From an uncultured Actinomycetes bacterium (GTDB taxonomy: Bacteria > Actinomycetota > Thermoleophilia > RBG-16-64-13): 64,000 nt of DNA. Of this stretch, positions 54,828-63,510 are shown one piece after another. Position numbers and translations under genes: made by a program. The DNA lies in assembly GCA_963841735.1 (NCBI GenBank), contig CAWJDT010000001.1, forward strand, positions 1,152,001 to 1,216,000. The letters run 5' to 3'. The stretch's first letter is position 1, and each line of letters starts with the position of its first letter. The notes beneath the pieces were generated by a model. It was not told the origin of the DNA, searched no databases, and saw only the letters and a program-made list of their open reading frames with translations.

Positions 54828-54935
54828 GCGCGGCCGGGGCGCAGCGCCCCGCGGGTCGCCGGAGCTAACGCAGAGTGGCTTGTCTTACCCTTGGCGCCCC
54901 CCGGGCCCTGCTGGTATCATCTTGACCCCTGATGC

Positions 54936-55007
54936 GGGCGATTAGCTCAGTGGGAGAGCGCTGCATTCACACTGCAGAAGTCACTGGTTCAAATCCAGTA
55001 TCGCCCA
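54936..55007 (+). tRNA. tRNA-Val(CAC)
   Basis: GGGCGAT acceptor stem, CTGCA-TTCACAC-TGCAG anticodon arm, GGTTCAAATCC; TTGGCG-N18-TATCAT promoter upstream. Confidence 0.96.
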
Positions 55008-55039
55008 TCCTCGTCGTCACGAATACAACGTTTACCCTG

Positions 55040-55795
55040 TAAAGAGGCACCTTCTGGTGTTCGCTCTTCTCCATGGGAACACGCTCTCAGATGGTGCCTT
55101 GACAGACGCTGATGGGGGAATTACTATGCGGCAAACTAGTCGCTGCGAAGTCAGATAGGTTGGGACCCATCAGGGGGTGTTTACGTGCGCCCCGTCCCAT
55201 GTTCTGGCTCCAGAGCAGATGCATTGTTCGTCTGCGCAGTCGGGTCGTATCTCTTGGTGTTCTGTCCTACCCTTGGCGCTTGGCGTCCAGTCTCACGGTC
55301 CGCATTGTCGCAAAGGCATGGCGGCCTCCTTGCGCGGGGGTCTCTGCGCAATCCTAGACGAGAGAACCAGAGCGAGTGGAGTCAAAGCTGGTTCGGCGAG
55401 GGAGCGAGAAGGCGCGCACGTGTATTGATGTCGCAAGGGGTTCGCTTGATGAGCGGCCTTCATCTTGGCAGGGTTGGCGAAGATGAAGGACGTTGTCAGG
55501 GGCTCCAGCGAGACCCGCTATCACACGGGGGACGACGGAACCGGGAAGGAAAGACGATCTTCTGGAACCGCAAGGCGGGACCGAGACAGGACCGAAGGCC
55601 GGGAGGGTCTCTGAGGACGCACAGAAACGATGCGGCTCGCGGCACTTGGAAAGCATAGCGGCGCAATAGAGCTGGGTCTACGGGCCCAGCGGCCGCCCCA
55701 GCGTTCGTCGGGTTGACCGCCGGGTTCAATGCGGAGAGGAGCCACCCGCGTGGGAACAGTCTGTGTCAGGTGATCTTCGGTCTTGTCACAGGGTT
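55040..55795. other. long hairpin-rich non-coding region, possible structured RNA
   Basis: No credible ORF; at least six 7-10 bp stems. Confidence 0.3.
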
Positions 55796-55826
55796 CGCGA
55801 ATTGAACTGGGCGAAAGGGGTAAGGC

Positions 55827-57755
55827 ATGTTGAAGGGAGTAGGCGCTGCCGTAGTCTTGAGTCTGCTACTAACGTTCGTCATCGTCGGGCCTGCGCTTGC
55901 GGACCCGATTCCCGGTGATCCGTCCCTGCAGACCATCGATCCCGCTGATCCCAACGCCTACCTTTCACTCACACAGGGCCTTGATGTTTACTACTACGGC
56001 GACGACTTCTCGATGAAGGAGTGGCTGGCAAGCCTACCGGACTACAGCGGGGACTTGCTTTCCGCTTCCTGGGATCCCACGACGATTTCCAAGAAGGATT
56101 TCAAGAAACAGGGCAAGGAGCTGAGCCGCTCGGTCGCTGCTCTTTACAAAGACGTATTGTCGAAGGACGAGGACCCCAGGTTCAAATGCTGGAAACAGGC
56201 CGAACTCACCGTTCCCGTGACGGTCTACAACCTGGACGATACCGTCTTCGGCTACCTGTACGGCTTGGCCTACAAGGGCAAGTTGGTCGGCCAGATTGTG
56301 GCTGGAGCGTGTACCAAGGCTCCGCCCGTGCTCGAGTATTCGCTCGACGCTGGTAGATACCTTGTCTTGGCGTCCGAAGGGAAGGTCTACTTCTCCAAAG
56401 CCGCGGGGTTCGTGGTTCGCCATTCGGGCGAAGTGCAGGACGCCCTGACCGGCGCTTCAATCTGTACTGACGACGACATCGGGTTGGCTGAGGCAAGTGA
56501 GCCGACCGCGGCAGAGCAGGCAGCCGTGGATGGCGAATGGGCGAAGACCGCGACCATGGCCTCATTCGGAGAGCCTGACCTCGACGGAATGGGCACCACC
56601 GTGGTCGGCGCCGTCGCGGGCCCAGGTCCCTTTGACGCTCCGAACGCGGAAACGGCAAGTGGGCTGGGAACCAAGGTCTATCTCAGTATGGACACCAGCG
56701 ACATCGGGACCCGCAACATCTGCTGGTCCACGTCGGCAACCATGTTCATTGACGCCTTGGCTCGGAGAATTGAACCAGGCTTATTCTCCCCCAGCCAATA
56801 TTCCCTCATTCATCCCCACTCCATAGTAATAAACGACTGGTACTTCGGGCACTACAACAACGTGGACTGGGACGGGGACGGGCAGGTCACCAACAAAGAC
56901 ATCAGCTGGTATCTAAGTGACTATCTCAATAGCAGTAGTCACAAGCTCCAGTCCAACATGAGCTTTTCCAGGTTCTACTACGACCCAGCCGATGGCTATT
57001 CCGCTGCAACCGTGTTCGCCCAGCATAGAAGCAAGATAGATTCTGGCTGGCCTGACCAGGTGGCATATGCAATATCATCCGGTTCCCACGCGATGTGCGG
57101 CGTTGGGTACACCACCGGTGGATACTACATCGTGAGAGACACCTTCGTCCTCGAGGGAAGGCCATTCGCGGCTTTTCTGTATACCTGGTCGGGTTACACC
57201 TACTTGATCTACGGCGCTACCTACTCCAGCTCGTCGGCCTCCTCGACCTGGGGGACGGTCACCCTGCAGTTGGGCAGCAACAACATCGAGGTCAAGAGGC
57301 TGGAGTGCTTCCTAAAGGCGCTCTACTACTTTTCGGGAACTCCCGATAAATATTTCGACTCGACGACTAAAGCGGCGGTTCAGGCTTTCCAGAGCGACAA
57401 CGGTCTGACTGTGGACGGCATCGTTGGTTCGAACACCTATGCGAAGATGAAGGTGGCCCACATCATGCGCTTTGACAATCGGACCGCCAACTGGAGAACC
57501 CTACAGTCGGGCAAGAAGGGTGACGACGTGGCCCAGCTGCAGTATCGGCTCGCCTGCATTAACCATCAGCCGCACTTCTACACTGGGAGCATCGACGGAG
57601 TATTTGGCTCTGGAACGCAGAGCGCCGTTCAGGCGTTTCAGCAGTACATGAACACGAACTACGGTGGCTATGGTGGCTCTCTCCTCACCGTTGACGGTAT
57701 CGCCGGTATCAATACGATGAAAGCACTTGTGTACACCCATTTCCAGGATGGATGA
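55827..57755 (+). CDS. secreted papain-like (C39-like) cysteine hydrolase with prodomain and two peptidoglycan-binding domains (copy B)
   Basis: Signal peptide ALA-DPIPGD as in copy A; putative Cys (NICWST), His (SHAMCGVGY), Asp (RDT); two PG_binding_1 repeats. Confidence 0.8.
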   Translation: MLKGVGAAVVLSLLLTFVIVGPALADPIPGDPSLQTIDPADPNAYLSLTQGLDVYYYGDDFSMKEWLASLPDYSGDLLSASWDPTTISKKDFKKQGKELSRSVAALYKDVLSKDEDPRFKCWKQAELTVPVTVYNLDDTVFGYLYGLAYKGKLVGQIVAGACTKAPPVLEYSLDAGRYLVLASEGKVYFSKAAGFVVRHSGEVQDALTGASICTDDDIGLAEASEPTAAEQAAVDGEWAKTATMASFGEPDLDGMGTTVVGAVAGPGPFDAPNAETASGLGTKVYLSMDTSDIGTRNICWSTSATMFIDALARRIEPGLFSPSQYSLIHPHSIVINDWYFGHYNNVDWDGDGQVTNKDISWYLSDYLNSSSHKLQSNMSFSRFYYDPADGYSAATVFAQHRSKIDSGWPDQVAYAISSGSHAMCGVGYTTGGYYIVRDTFVLEGRPFAAFLYTWSGYTYLIYGATYSSSSASSTWGTVTLQLGSNNIEVKRLECFLKALYYFSGTPDKYFDSTTKAAVQAFQSDNGLTVDGIVGSNTYAKMKVAHIMRFDNRTANWRTLQSGKKGDDVAQLQYRLACINHQPHFYTGSIDGVFGSGTQSAVQAFQQYMNTNYGGYGGSLLTVDGIAGINTMKALVYTHFQDG

Positions 57756-57783
57756 ACAAGTGCGTGACTTCAAGGAGGGCGCA

Positions 57784-58380
57784 ATGGCACGGCTAGTTAT
57801 TTGCGCAACGCTGATCCTGTCTCTGGTAGCGATCATCGCGATATCCGGGTGCGCCGGGAGAACCACCACAACCACGGCCCCGGTTTCGACTACCACTACC
57901 TTAACTACCAGCAGCACTTCCGGCCAGTCCTCTTCGACCGGCTCGGGTCCTTCAACCACGATGGTCATGGGGCAGACCTGGCAAGAGGTCATCAGCCGTT
58001 TCACGACAAGCGTAACTGAGGCGAATCTGCCTGGTACTTTGCCGTACTCGATGCTCCCCGAGGACGAGGTCGCGTGGCTCCTCGGCACTGACGCTGCTAT
58101 TCACCCCGCCTCCGTCAGTGGCTTTAGGTTTGCCAACGGGGATCTGGTCATACTCTTCGGTGGGAGCATGCTGGTGGATTGGGACCCGCTCCAGGAGCCA
58201 GATTCTACTAAGGTGCTGTCGGACGCGCAAACGGCACTGCAGGGAATGGCCGAGGCCAGGTATCAGGTTTCCGGGAAGAGCGTAGAGGCGACCGTGTTTG
58301 ACCTGGCGTTCGGATTCATAGTGGTAGCGGGCAAGGACGCGGGACAACTCGGGGGCCTCGCTCTCTCTGCTCATGTGTGA
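57784..58380 (+). CDS. lipoprotein with Thr/Ser stalk, partner of the hydrolase (copy B)
   Basis: AAGGAGG RBS, lipobox ISGC, PGTLPYS and GFRFANGDLVILFG shared with copy A. Confidence 0.75.
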   Translation: MARLVICATLILSLVAIIAISGCAGRTTTTTAPVSTTTTLTTSSTSGQSSSTGSGPSTTMVMGQTWQEVISRFTTSVTEANLPGTLPYSMLPEDEVAWLLGTDAAIHPASVSGFRFANGDLVILFGGSMLVDWDPLQEPDSTKVLSDAQTALQGMAEARYQVSGKSVEATVFDLAFGFIVVAGKDAGQLGGLALSAHV

Positions 58381-58710
58381 ATCCGCAAGGTAGCTTCGCA
58401 CTTGGCCATGACCGGCGGCAAAGAATCGAGGCATGAGAAGGGGGCGGCCCGGCAGCCGCCCGCTTCTTGCTACTTTCGAGCAGGATACGTGCAGCAAGAA
58501 TCCCGACCGCCGACCGGTCGTCTAGCTCGCGCGGGCTGGTACAAAGGCGACCAAGCTAGTCAATTAGCCGACTCACTTCGGGCCGCAGGTTCAGAAGCTG
58601 TCCAGTTGGGTCCACTATCGTTGTCGAATTGACAACAGTCCTCCTTCAAATACGCCGCTTTCGATGTCCGGTTGCCCACCCGGTCGCTCGAGGTCCCAAG
58701 AGTATCAGCA

Positions 58711-58754
58711 TGGACAATTCCCAAGTTGGGTATTACTATTCCCACAATGGGAAT
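58711..58754 (+). promoter_or_regulatory. sigma-70 promoter with two palindromic operators
   Basis: TGGACA-N17-TACTAT; ATTCCCAAGTTGGGTAT (58717-58733) and ATTCCCACAATGGGAAT (58738-58754). Confidence 0.7.
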
Positions 58755-59352
58755 ATTAGGACAGGAACATGTTCGGATTGCTGACGCCCTTTTCACCAAG
58801 GTACAGCAGAGGGTGCTCGGCATTCTGTTCGGCCAGCCGGACAAGAGCTTCCTCTCAAAGGAAATCATCATTCTTGCAGACTCAGGTACTGGGGCGGTTC
58901 ACCGGGAACTCAAGCGTCTGACTGCGAGTGGTCTCCTTACGGTCTGCAGTGTCGGCTGGGAGAAGCACTATCAGGCCAACCGAGAATCACCCGTGTTCGA
59001 TGAGTTGCGCGGTCTCGTCGTGAAGACGGTTGGGTTCGTCGACCCCATGCGAGACGCGCTGGCTCCACTTGCCGGCAGGATCCAAGTGGCCTTCGTATAC
59101 GGCTCGCATGCCAAGGGTATGGATACAGCGTCTAGCGACGTGGATTTGATGATCGTGAGTGAGGACCTTTTGCATGCCGAGGCATACGCGGCGCTTGCCA
59201 AAGCAGAGCAGACGCTGGCGAGGCCCATCAATCCAACCATAGTCTCATTGACTGAATGGCGGCGGCGGGGAGAGGATCATAATCACTTCCTGGAGAATGT
59301 GTCGACGCATCCGAAGCTTCTCGTCCTGGGGTCGGAAGATGACCTTGCCTGA
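58747..59352 (+). CDS. wHTH + minimal nucleotidyltransferase (MNT antitoxin-like)
   Basis: LF.KVQQRVLGILFGQP, G.GAVHRELKRL, YQAN..SPVF.EL, YGSHAKG.D...SDVDLMIV. Confidence 0.85.
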   Translation: MGILGQEHVRIADALFTKVQQRVLGILFGQPDKSFLSKEIIILADSGTGAVHRELKRLTASGLLTVCSVGWEKHYQANRESPVFDELRGLVVKTVGFVDPMRDALAPLAGRIQVAFVYGSHAKGMDTASSDVDLMIVSEDLLHAEAYAALAKAEQTLARPINPTIVSLTEWRRRGEDHNHFLENVSTHPKLLVLGSEDDLA

Positions 59353-59770
59353 TCTCGAAAACCTAGTAGCCGCCGGAAGACTCAAGCGCGAGCCCCCCAA
59401 TCAGAATGAGTTTGACGATCTGACTATGCTCGGAGAGGCCAGGTTTCGAGACGCACAGGTCGCTTCACTCTCCTTGGAGAGTCGGTTTGACCTTGCATAT
59501 GGTGCCTCGCACGCGTTTGCGCTGGCGGCGCTTCGCTGGCATGGCTATCGATCGGACCTTCGGTATGTCGTGTTTCAGTCTCTGGAGCATACGCTGGGCG
59601 TGTCGCGGGATATCTGGCGCGTGCTTGACAAGGCACACGGGGCGCGAAATGCGGCCGACTACGGTGGTAACTTCCAGGTCAACGAGCGCCTGTTGCAGGA
59701 TATGCTCGCTGCCATCACAGTGGTGCGGCAGAGAGTGCTGGGTCTCGGTGCCAGCCCTTGGCAGGACTAA
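59339..59770 (+). CDS. HEPN-like protein partnered with MNT
   Basis: SLESRFDLAY, ALAALRWHGYRS, VFQSLEHTLG, RNAADYGG; overlaps the MNT stop. Confidence 0.7.
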   Translation: MTLPDLENLVAAGRLKREPPNQNEFDDLTMLGEARFRDAQVASLSLESRFDLAYGASHAFALAALRWHGYRSDLRYVVFQSLEHTLGVSRDIWRVLDKAHGARNAADYGGNFQVNERLLQDMLAAITVVRQRVLGLGASPWQD

Positions 59771-59995
59771 CAGAAGACGCTGCGGACATCAACGACGCGA
59801 CGGCGGCGAGTCTGCGGCCTCTCCCGGGGGTCCCGTCATGCGCGAGCCCCCACGAGTTCGACCCAGACGGACTGAGCAGTCGTCCGTTGGGTCGAGTAGC
59901 ATGACCTTCGTGATCCGAACCAGGCAATGACACCTATCGATTGGTCGCCGTCCCGTGTCGGGAAGTTTCTTCCGGGGAGCGGACACTACCTCAAC

Positions 59996-60577
59996 ATGAG
60001 CACCTATTCAGACCGCAGACTGTGGGAACGGGCCGTCGAGGGGCAGGCCTCAGCTTTTGGCGAGCTGTTCGAACGACATGCCACCTCGGTGTACAACTAC
60101 CTCTTCCGCCGCTGCGGCAACTGGGCGACGGCCCAGGACCTCACTTCCATCGTGTTCCTGGAGCTATGGCGCAAGCGCTCTGATATCTCACTGGAACGTG
60201 AGTCGGCGCTTCCCCTGTTGCTTGGAGTGGCCACCAACGTGCTCTGCAATCGCAGGCGCACGGAGCGCAGGCACAGGGCGGCTCTCGAACGCATGCCCCT
60301 TCCCCCAGAGGCGTGGAGCCCGCATGAGGATGTGGTGGAGAAGCTGGACGAGGAGCAGAGGATGCAGGAGCTGCTCGAAGTACTCAGCCAGCTTCCCAAA
60401 CGGGAGCAGGACCTCATAGTCCTGTGTGTCTGGATGGAGCTCAGTTATGAAGAAGCCGCGGACGCGCTGTGCATACCGGTTGGCACAGTGGGGTCCCGCC
60501 TCTCCCGCGGAAAGTGGCGGCTACGCAGGCTTCTCGAAGGATGCCCCCAGCCGGCCCCCGGCATCCTGGAACCGTAA
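59996..60577 (+). CDS. ECF RNA polymerase sigma factor
   Basis: AFGELFERH...AQDLTS.VFLELWR...LP.REQ...LSYEEAADAL.IPVGTV.SRL.R. Confidence 0.92.
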   Translation: MSTYSDRRLWERAVEGQASAFGELFERHATSVYNYLFRRCGNWATAQDLTSIVFLELWRKRSDISLERESALPLLLGVATNVLCNRRRTERRHRAALERMPLPPEAWSPHEDVVEKLDEEQRMQELLEVLSQLPKREQDLIVLCVWMELSYEEAADALCIPVGTVGSRLSRGKWRLRRLLEGCPQPAPGILEP

Positions 60578-60595
60578 ATGAACAGGAGGTCACCC

Positions 60596-61531
60596 ATGAT
60601 CTATTCGCAGCCTCCAGAGCAACGGGAATACCCCGACGCCCTCCTGCACGAGCAGAAGGAGTATCTGATGACCGAGATCACTAGGAGCACAGAAGACAAG
60701 CAGAGGCGCTCACGCCGCTCGCGATCGCTGGTGCTGCGCGTAGGACTCGCAGGCGCCCTGGCCGTTGTCGCCATGATCGCGGTGAGCATCACCCAGATAG
60801 AAGACAAGGGTCCGTTGGCTCCACTGGCCGTTGACGAGGCGCAGGCCGTTGAGATGGCGTTGGAGGCCATAACACCCGCCGAGGGAGAAGTGCTACATAT
60901 CAAGACCTCGGTCGACTTGAAGGCCGAGTACTATCTCCCCGGCGACAGCGGCCCGAGCGGATATGTCACCGACGGCACGCCCCGAGTGGAGGAGATATGG
61001 TCGTGCAGTGACTCACCCTGGGGGTGGCGCTGGGCGATGGGGGGAGCCGGTCTTGATCTCCAGGAGTGGGCGGCCTACTCCACCGGCCTGCGCGTGTTCT
61101 ACGACAGCAAGACCAACAGCATGTTGCAGGTACAGGACGCGGACTTGCTTAGCGGGGAGCCGAGGATACCAGGGGAGGGATATCAAACGATGATCCGCGA
61201 GCTGCTCACCTCTGGACGAGCCGTGGAGGACGGCCATGAGCAGATCGGCGGACGAGATGCGGTGCGCATCGTCGAGAAGGCCGATCCCGAGGTAGGCAGA
61301 CTCGCCGAGAACATCTATCTGGTAGACGCGGCGACAGGTGAACCGATCGAAATCCGGGAAATGACCGAAGGCCTGACGATCCATTTCGAGATCTACGAGA
61401 AGCTGCCCGGAACGCCCGAAAACCTCGCGCTGGTGGACCTGAAGGCTGCCTACCCGGACGCGACCATGTACACCGACTGGGAGGCTTATGACGCCGTGGT
61501 AGGCCCAGGGCCGGGACTGGTCGCAGACTGA
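60596..61531 (+). CDS. putative anti-sigma membrane protein (CU044_5270-like architecture)
   Basis: Directly downstream of ECF; short cytoplasmic N-terminus, Arg patch, single TM, extracellular beta-rich domain. Confidence 0.6.
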   Translation: MIYSQPPEQREYPDALLHEQKEYLMTEITRSTEDKQRRSRRSRSLVLRVGLAGALAVVAMIAVSITQIEDKGPLAPLAVDEAQAVEMALEAITPAEGEVLHIKTSVDLKAEYYLPGDSGPSGYVTDGTPRVEEIWSCSDSPWGWRWAMGGAGLDLQEWAAYSTGLRVFYDSKTNSMLQVQDADLLSGEPRIPGEGYQTMIRELLTSGRAVEDGHEQIGGRDAVRIVEKADPEVGRLAENIYLVDAATGEPIEIREMTEGLTIHFEIYEKLPGTPENLALVDLKAAYPDATMYTDWEAYDAVVGPGPGLVAD

Positions 61532-61571
61532 GTGACGCTATAGCGAGTCGCCGAGCATTGAACTGCTGAGC

Positions 61572-61612
61572 CTGGAGGCCCCCCGGTGGTAACACCGGGG
61601 GGCCTCCAGTTT
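61572..61612. terminator. 17-bp perfect hairpin terminator between convergent genes
   Basis: CTGGAGGCCCCCCGGTG-GTAA-CACCGGGGGGCCTCCAG followed by TTT. Confidence 0.8.
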
Positions 61613-61699
61613 GTGCCTGGCTTCGCCGGAGGTCGATGCATTGCAGTCTCGCCCGGTGCCAAGCGCTCTGGCGGCGAAACGTCGCCTTTCAGCGGCCTG

Positions 61700-62680
61700 C
61701 TAGAAGCCGTCTGCAAGTCGGTTGTCACCGGCCAGCACGTCCTCCCGCAGGATATGCCGCATCCTCTCGGGTTCCTCGAACGCGGGACTATGGGCCGATT
61801 GCTCGAACGTGTAGAACCCCTTCACCGGCGCCCTCAGCTTCTCGCAGTAGGATCTGGCTTCGGTGTAAGACACCGTATAGTCGTGCTTGCCGTGGCAGAA
61901 GTAGGCGGGGATCCTCAGTTCCGACACCTCGGCGGTCAAATCGGTATTCAGAAACGTGTCCCACAGAAGGTCTCGGGATAAGCTCTTGCCCCGCCAGATG
62001 TTCACCTTCTCTCTCATCGTGTAGCCCTTGGTCCGCCAGACCGGCAGGAAGATGCCGGTGACCACGGACCGCATGTCGCGTGTGGTGCCGACGCCAATAC
62101 TGTGCATAGCCTTGTCGCGCAGCGCCCTGTAGGCTTTCGGCATGGGAGCGGTCATGGTGACCGGCGCCGCTTCGAGCTTCCGTACCATCTTCGTATTGCC
62201 GTTCTTCCTGAACTGCGCGAGCTCGTACTCGTAAGACAGCATCTCGGACTTGAGTTGGTATGAGACCTGGCCCATCCCGACGTACGCGTGGTAGCGGTCG
62301 GGGGCCCGCCTAGCCACCTGGATCCCCAGGAAACTCCCCCAGGAATGCCCCATGAGATAGAGCTTGTCCTTGCCGAAGCGTTGGCGGAGGAAGTCCGAAA
62401 CCGCGACTGCGTCGGAGATCAGTTGCTCCACCGCGATGGACTGTGACGGCATGCCGGATCTGAAGGATAATCCTGCACCACGCTGCTCCCACCAGCATAC
62501 GACGAAATCGTCCTCGAGACCGGTGGGGTGGGTCTGGTTGAGGAAGTACTCGGGCATGCCCGGGCCGCCATGTAGGAACAGCAACACCGGCTTGGCAGTG
62601 CTTTTGCCTCTGATGAACATCCCTTGTTCTGCACCATTGATAGGGACGCGGAGCTTCTCCGAGATGCTGTGGGCCTGCAT
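61700..62680 (-). CDS. alpha/beta hydrolase (proline iminopeptidase-like)
   Basis: LFLHGGPG, WEQRGAGLS, GHSWGS, HGKHD, SAHSP. Confidence 0.9.
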   Translation of the reverse strand: MQAHSISEKLRVPINGAEQGMFIRGKSTAKPVLLFLHGGPGMPEYFLNQTHPTGLEDDFVVCWWEQRGAGLSFRSGMPSQSIAVEQLISDAVAVSDFLRQRFGKDKLYLMGHSWGSFLGIQVARRAPDRYHAYVGMGQVSYQLKSEMLSYEYELAQFRKNGNTKMVRKLEAAPVTMTAPMPKAYRALRDKAMHSIGVGTTRDMRSVVTGIFLPVWRTKGYTMREKVNIWRGKSLSRDLLWDTFLNTDLTAEVSELRIPAYFCHGKHDYTVSYTEARSYCEKLRAPVKGFYTFEQSAHSPAFEEPERMRHILREDVLAGDNRLADGF

Positions 62681-62697
62681 GCTCAAAGGGTGAACCG

Positions 62698-63510
62698 CTA
62701 TCTCCAGTTGAGGACAATGGCCTGGCGCTGGAAGAGGCGCACGGCGACGCGGAGCACCAGGTAGTCCGCCAGCGCAAGGACCGCGCCCAGGGCCAGGGTG
62801 CCTACCAGATCGAACCACACCACCCCGGTGACCTGCAGGGCTACCAGCCCGAACACGGGCAGGATGATGAGAACTGCCAGGTTCTGGGCGTTCTTGGCAT
62901 CGCGGGCGCGGGACGAGCCGATGATGCCCAGCAGGAATGCGAGCAGTGCCACCGCTGGGGTCAGCAGGAGTAGGCATGCGATCCAGGTCGGGGTCACCAC
63001 CATGGACACCAATCCACCCCAGCCAAGCAGCGCCACCACGGCCAAGGTCAACCCTGAGGCCATCCAGGTCACCAGAACGGCCGGTATCCAGCCCGCCAGA
63101 GCTTTACCCAGTAGCAGTTCGCCTGTGCGCACCGGTGTGGCCAGGAGCGCCTCCAGGCTTCCCGACAGCTTCTCCTCCACCACGCTGAAGGTGGAGAAGC
63201 TGATGGCCACCGTGATAGGGATGAGCAAAAGGTAGAAGTTGAGTTGCGACAGCAAAAGGACGCGGATCTGATCGGCCATGTCGAGACCGGCGGCCTCGGG
63301 AAGCGCGGTGTGGAGCTTCTCCAGGGTGCCCTGGAAGAAGCCCGATTCCGCCATGGAGTCACCGGCGAAGCGTTGTACCAGCCAAATGACGACGATGGCC
63401 TGGCCCACGACGAGTAGCGGGAGCAGAGTGACAATGAAGACGTTGTTCAGGTCGCGCGAGAGCACCAGCCACTCTTTGGCGATGATGGCGCGCAGACGGC
63501 GGCGGTTCAT
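62698..63510 (-). CDS. ABC-2 type transporter permease
   Basis: IIAKEW, SVVEEKLSGSLEALLATPV...ELLLGK, multiple TM. Confidence 0.88.
   Translation of the reverse strand: MNRRRLRAIIAKEWLVLSRDLNNVFIVTLLPLLVVGQAIVVIWLVQRFAGDSMAESGFFQGTLEKLHTALPEAAGLDMADQIRVLLLSQLNFYLLLIPITVAISFSTFSVVEEKLSGSLEALLATPVRTGELLLGKALAGWIPAVLVTWMASGLTLAVVALLGWGGLVSMVVTPTWIACLLLLTPAVALLAFLLGIIGSSRARDAKNAQNLAVLIILPVFGLVALQVTGVVWFDLVGTLALGAVLALADYLVLRVAVRLFQRQAIVLNWR

Noticed and set aside
55129-55700. Fragments resembling c-di-GMP/c-AMP-GMP riboswitches (GGCAAAC at ~55130; GGGTCTCTGAG at ~55605; GGCACTTG at ~55641)
   Set aside because: Required flanking motifs and pairings are missing or out of order; needs cmscan
55762-55790. 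TGTCACA shared upstream of both hydrolase genes as a common operator
   Set aside because: Only a 7-mer, with different arrangement and distance in the two copies; may be chance
55185-55826. GTGCGCCC as a group II intron 5' end
   Set aside because: No recognisable domain V/VI and no RT ORF
59764-59895. Integron attC site (TAAC at the HEPN stop; GTTGGGT at ~59886)
   Set aside because: R boxes are not complementary at attC spacing; no integron integrase or cassette array
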